Shown here piece after piece: positions 61,706 to 64,000 of a DNA stretch of 64,000 nucleotides. Each line of letters begins with the position of its first letter. Within the stretch, counting starts at the first letter, position 1. The translations under genes and the position numbers were made by a program. Source of the stretch: Rhodobacterales bacterium (GTDB taxonomy: Bacteria; Pseudomonadota; Alphaproteobacteria; Rhodobacterales; Rhodobacteraceae); the NCBI GenBank assembly GCA_002747325.1, contig PDOZ01000032.1, forward strand, positions 6,962 through 70,961, read 5' to 3'. The notes under the pieces were generated by a model. The model worked only from the letters and a program-made list of their open reading frames with translations. It had not been told where the DNA came from and ran no database searches.

Positions 61706-63136
61706 TCAATGCGTTGGGCGCGATACCGGGCGGGGAAGCGCGATCAGTACGACGCACAGCGCGGCCAGCAGCACCAGAAGCGGCGCGTTGCCCCAGCGGG
61801 AAAACAGGGTTGGCGGCAGCGCGCCGGGCAGGGCCGCGTCAAGATGGCCCGCCGTATTCAGCGGCAGATGCGCCAGAACCCGCCCGCGCGCGTCGATCAC
61901 GGCGGAAATGCCCGTATTAGCGGCGCGCAGGAAGGGTAAGCCCTGCTCAATGGCGCGGAAACGGGCTTGCGCGAGATGTTGCTGTGGGCCGGACCGCGTG
62001 CCGAACCACGCATCGTTGGTGGCCTGCAAAATCCAATCCGCCCGCCCGGCAAACGCCGCCAGATCACGCGGAAAAATCGCCTCGTAACAGATCAGCGGTA
62101 AGGCGCGGCCCAACCCGCCGGGCAAATCCATCAACGCCGCCCCCTGCCCGCTCGAATAGCCGAACCCGTCGCGCACCGCGAGGCCGCGTATGCCAAGCCG
62201 GCCCAGCGCATCGCCAAAGGGCACATATTCACCAAACGGCACCGTATGGCGCTTGTCATAGACCTGCTCCGAGCCCAAGAGCGCCATGGAATTGTAAAAC
62301 CGCGTTCCCTGCATGCGCCGCGTGCCGACGATGACCGGCACCCCCGCCGCCGCCCGCACCCGCGCCTCCAATTCCGGCGCGTGGCCCAGAAGGCTCGGCA
62401 GCGCGGTCTCCGGCCAGACCACCAGATCGCGCGGCCCCGGCGCGGCGCTCAGTTCCAGCGCGCGGTTGAAAAACACCGGCATCCATTCGCGATCCCACTT
62501 TTTCGCCTGTTCCGCATTGGGCTGGATCAGGCGCACAATCTGCCCCGTATCGGGCGGGGTGGCACTGTTGCGCGCGGGCAAGGCGGCATTGACCAACAGC
62601 ACAAGCGCCGCGATCCAGCGCCGCGTGATCAGCTGGGAAGCGGCGAAAAACAGCACCGCGCTCAGGCCCAGAACCCCAATGAAAGCCGCCGCCTGCGCCA
62701 GTGGCGTGTCGATCAGAACCTGCCCCGGCGCGGCCCAAGGCAAGCCGGTGAACAGCCAGTGCCGCGCCCATTCCGCCAGCGATAAAAACAGCGGCGCGGC
62801 GAGGGCATAGGGGCGCAAAACGCGGCGCGCCAGAGCGACCGGCACGGCCCAGAACAGCGCCATCCCCGCCGCCATGCCGGCAAGCGCAAACGGCGCCATC
62901 CAGCCGTGGCGCGCGGCATCGACCAAAAACGGCTCGACGATCCAGCTCATCGCGGTGGCGAAATACCCGGTGCCCAGCGCCAACGCAGACCAAAAGGCCG
63001 CACGCGGAGTCGGCGCACGCGCACCGGACCACAAAAGCACGATCAGCACCATAAAGGTCAGGGGATACAGCCCCCAAGGGGCGTGGCCCAAACCGCCCGC
63101 CGCGCCGAGCAAAAACCGCGCAGCAAAGCCGATCAT
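61706..63136 (-). CDS. lnt: Apolipoprotein N-acyltransferase
   Basis: Multi-TM N-terminus plus a nitrilase-fold C-terminal domain with VWPETA and the catalytic Cys in LICYEAIFP. Confidence 0.9.
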   Translation of the reverse strand: MIGFAARFLLGAAGGLGHAPWGLYPLTFMVLIVLLWSGARAPTPRAAFWSALALGTGYFATAMSWIVEPFLVDAARHGWMAPFALAGMAAGMALFWAVPVALARRVLRPYALAAPLFLSLAEWARHWLFTGLPWAAPGQVLIDTPLAQAAAFIGVLGLSAVLFFAASQLITRRWIAALVLLVNAALPARNSATPPDTGQIVRLIQPNAEQAKKWDREWMPVFFNRALELSAAPGPRDLVVWPETALPSLLGHAPELEARVRAAAGVPVIVGTRRMQGTRFYNSMALLGSEQVYDKRHTVPFGEYVPFGDALGRLGIRGLAVRDGFGYSSGQGAALMDLPGGLGRALPLICYEAIFPRDLAAFAGRADWILQATNDAWFGTRSGPQQHLAQARFRAIEQGLPFLRAANTGISAVIDARGRVLAHLPLNTAGHLDAALPGALPPTLFSRWGNAPLLVLLAALCVVLIALPRPVSRPTH

Positions 63137-64000
63137 TCGGCAGCACCGGAGGCAGCAAAGCGCACGCGCAACCGCTTGATGCGGCGCGGATCGGCATCGA
63201 CCACCTCAAATTCCGGCCCATGCGGATGGCGGATCACCTCGCCGCGCGCCGGCACATGCCCCGCCAGCATGAAGACCAACCCGCCCAGCGTGCCGAACTC
63301 GTCGTCATCCTCGTCAAACCCGCGCAGCGACAAGCCGGTTTCCGCCTCGAATTCCTCCAGCGGTGTGCGGCTTTCAGCCAGATAACAGCCCGGCTTTTCG
63401 CAGACAAACAACGCCCCTTCCTCAAGGTCGTGTTCGTCCTCGATCTCGCCAATCACCTGTTCGACCAGATCTTCCAGCGTCACCAGCCCGTCAACGCCGC
63501 CATATTCGTCGATCACCAGCGCCATATGCATCCGCTCCGCCTGCATCTTTTGCAGCAAAACGCCGATCGGCATGGAGGGCGGCGCGAAGAGTAGCGGACG
63601 CAGCAGGCTTTTGAGCGCATAGGGCGCGCCCTCGCGGTTGAAGCCGTGCGACAGAGCGAAATCCTTCAGATGCACGAAGCCGACCGGATTATCGAGGGTG
63701 CCATCAAACACTGGCAGGCGGCTCAGGCCGGAACCGCGAAACACCTCGACCAGATCGGCCTGCGTGGTCTCAAGCGGCACCGCGACAATCTCCGCCTTCG
63801 GGATCATCACATCCTCAAGGCTCAACCGGCGCAGGTTCAACATACCATGCTGCGGCAGGCCCGCTTCCGGGGCCACCTCGCGCGCCTCTTTCGGCCCCGC
63901 CTCTCCCGCATCCGCCGGGCTGAGCGCGCCAATGAGGCGCGTGAACAAGCCGCTTTTCTCCTGCGATTTATCCGGCGAACTGGACGGGTCTCCCGCCTCT
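63133..64000 (-). CDS. CBS-domain plus CorC_HlyC hemolysin-like/Mg-Co efflux protein (CorC/TlyC), N-terminus beyond window end
   Basis: CBS pair (VMIPKAEIVAV...LPVFDGTLDNPVGFVHLKD...) and a CorC_HlyC C-terminal domain. The reading frame stays open upstream of the TTG at 63948 to the window edge (...EAGDPSSSPDKSQEKSGLFTRL...). Its stop overlaps the lnt start. Confidence 0.85.
   Translation of the reverse strand, partial: EAGDPSSSPDKSQEKSGLFTRLIGALSPADAGEAGPKEAREVAPEAGLPQHGMLNLRRLSLEDVMIPKAEIVAVPLETTQADLVEVFRGSGLSRLPVFDGTLDNPVGFVHLKDFALSHGFNREGAPYALKSLLRPLLFAPPSMPIGVLLQKMQAERMHMALVIDEYGGVDGLVTLEDLVEQVIGEIEDEHDLEEGALFVCEKPGCYLAESRTPLEEFEAETGLSLRGFDEDDDEFGTLGGLVFMLAGHVPARGEVIRHPHGPEFEVVDADPRRIKRLRVRFAASGAAE

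Noticed and set aside
1-64000. CRISPR arrays, rRNA genes, IS elements/transposases, integrons
   Set aside because: I saw no regularly spaced direct repeats, rRNA-like sequence, transposase or integrase ORFs, or terminal inverted repeats on either strand.

Overview
High-GC alphaproteobacterial chromosomal segment, most consistent with Rhodobacterales. Supporting evidence is a SAM/SAH-type leader on metK, the ccr/ecm ethylmalonyl-CoA genes and a TauE/TIGR02186 pair. I can support about 60 protein genes, one tRNA-Arg(ACG), an FMN riboswitch, a probable SAM/SAH riboswitch, several intrinsic terminators and a few candidate operators and promoters. I saw no rRNA, CRISPR array, transposase, integrase or prophage genes. 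Most content is housekeeping or catabolic:
- 1-6.5 kb: IclR-linked beta-oxidation-like acyl-CoA cluster.
- 7-12.4 kb: ilvE-like aminotransferase, Usp, CPBP protease, Nfu, tsaB, rimI and TauE.
- 12.4-15.7 kb: RecD-like helicase and a lower-GC LuxR/LuxI quorum-sensing locus.
- 15.9-21 kb: ccr, an acyltransferase and ecm.
- 21.5-30.6 kb: deoD, oppABC, deoC and a fused aldehyde dehydrogenase.
- 39.7-47.9 kb: peptide-type ABC transporter with ALDH, SDR and a DmpA-like peptidase.
- 49.8-52.9 kb: gabD, FMN riboswitch with a DMT transporter, and hsp20.
- 53-64 kb: nth, ada/ogt-like, ompA-like, trmB, metK, lnt and corC.

The stand-out region is a tightly coupled seven-gene operon at about 32.1-39.6 kb. 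It encodes a TelA/PspA-like coiled-coil protein, a 380-aa orphan, a classic AAA+ ATPase, a visibly lower-GC Mrr-family nuclease wedged in with a 1-nt start/stop overlap, a 446-aa orphan and two small membrane proteins. A sigma-32-like promoter motif precedes it. I cannot map it to any named defence or stress system and flag it as the best candidate for an undescribed system. All family assignments come from motif recognition by eye; no database search was possible.
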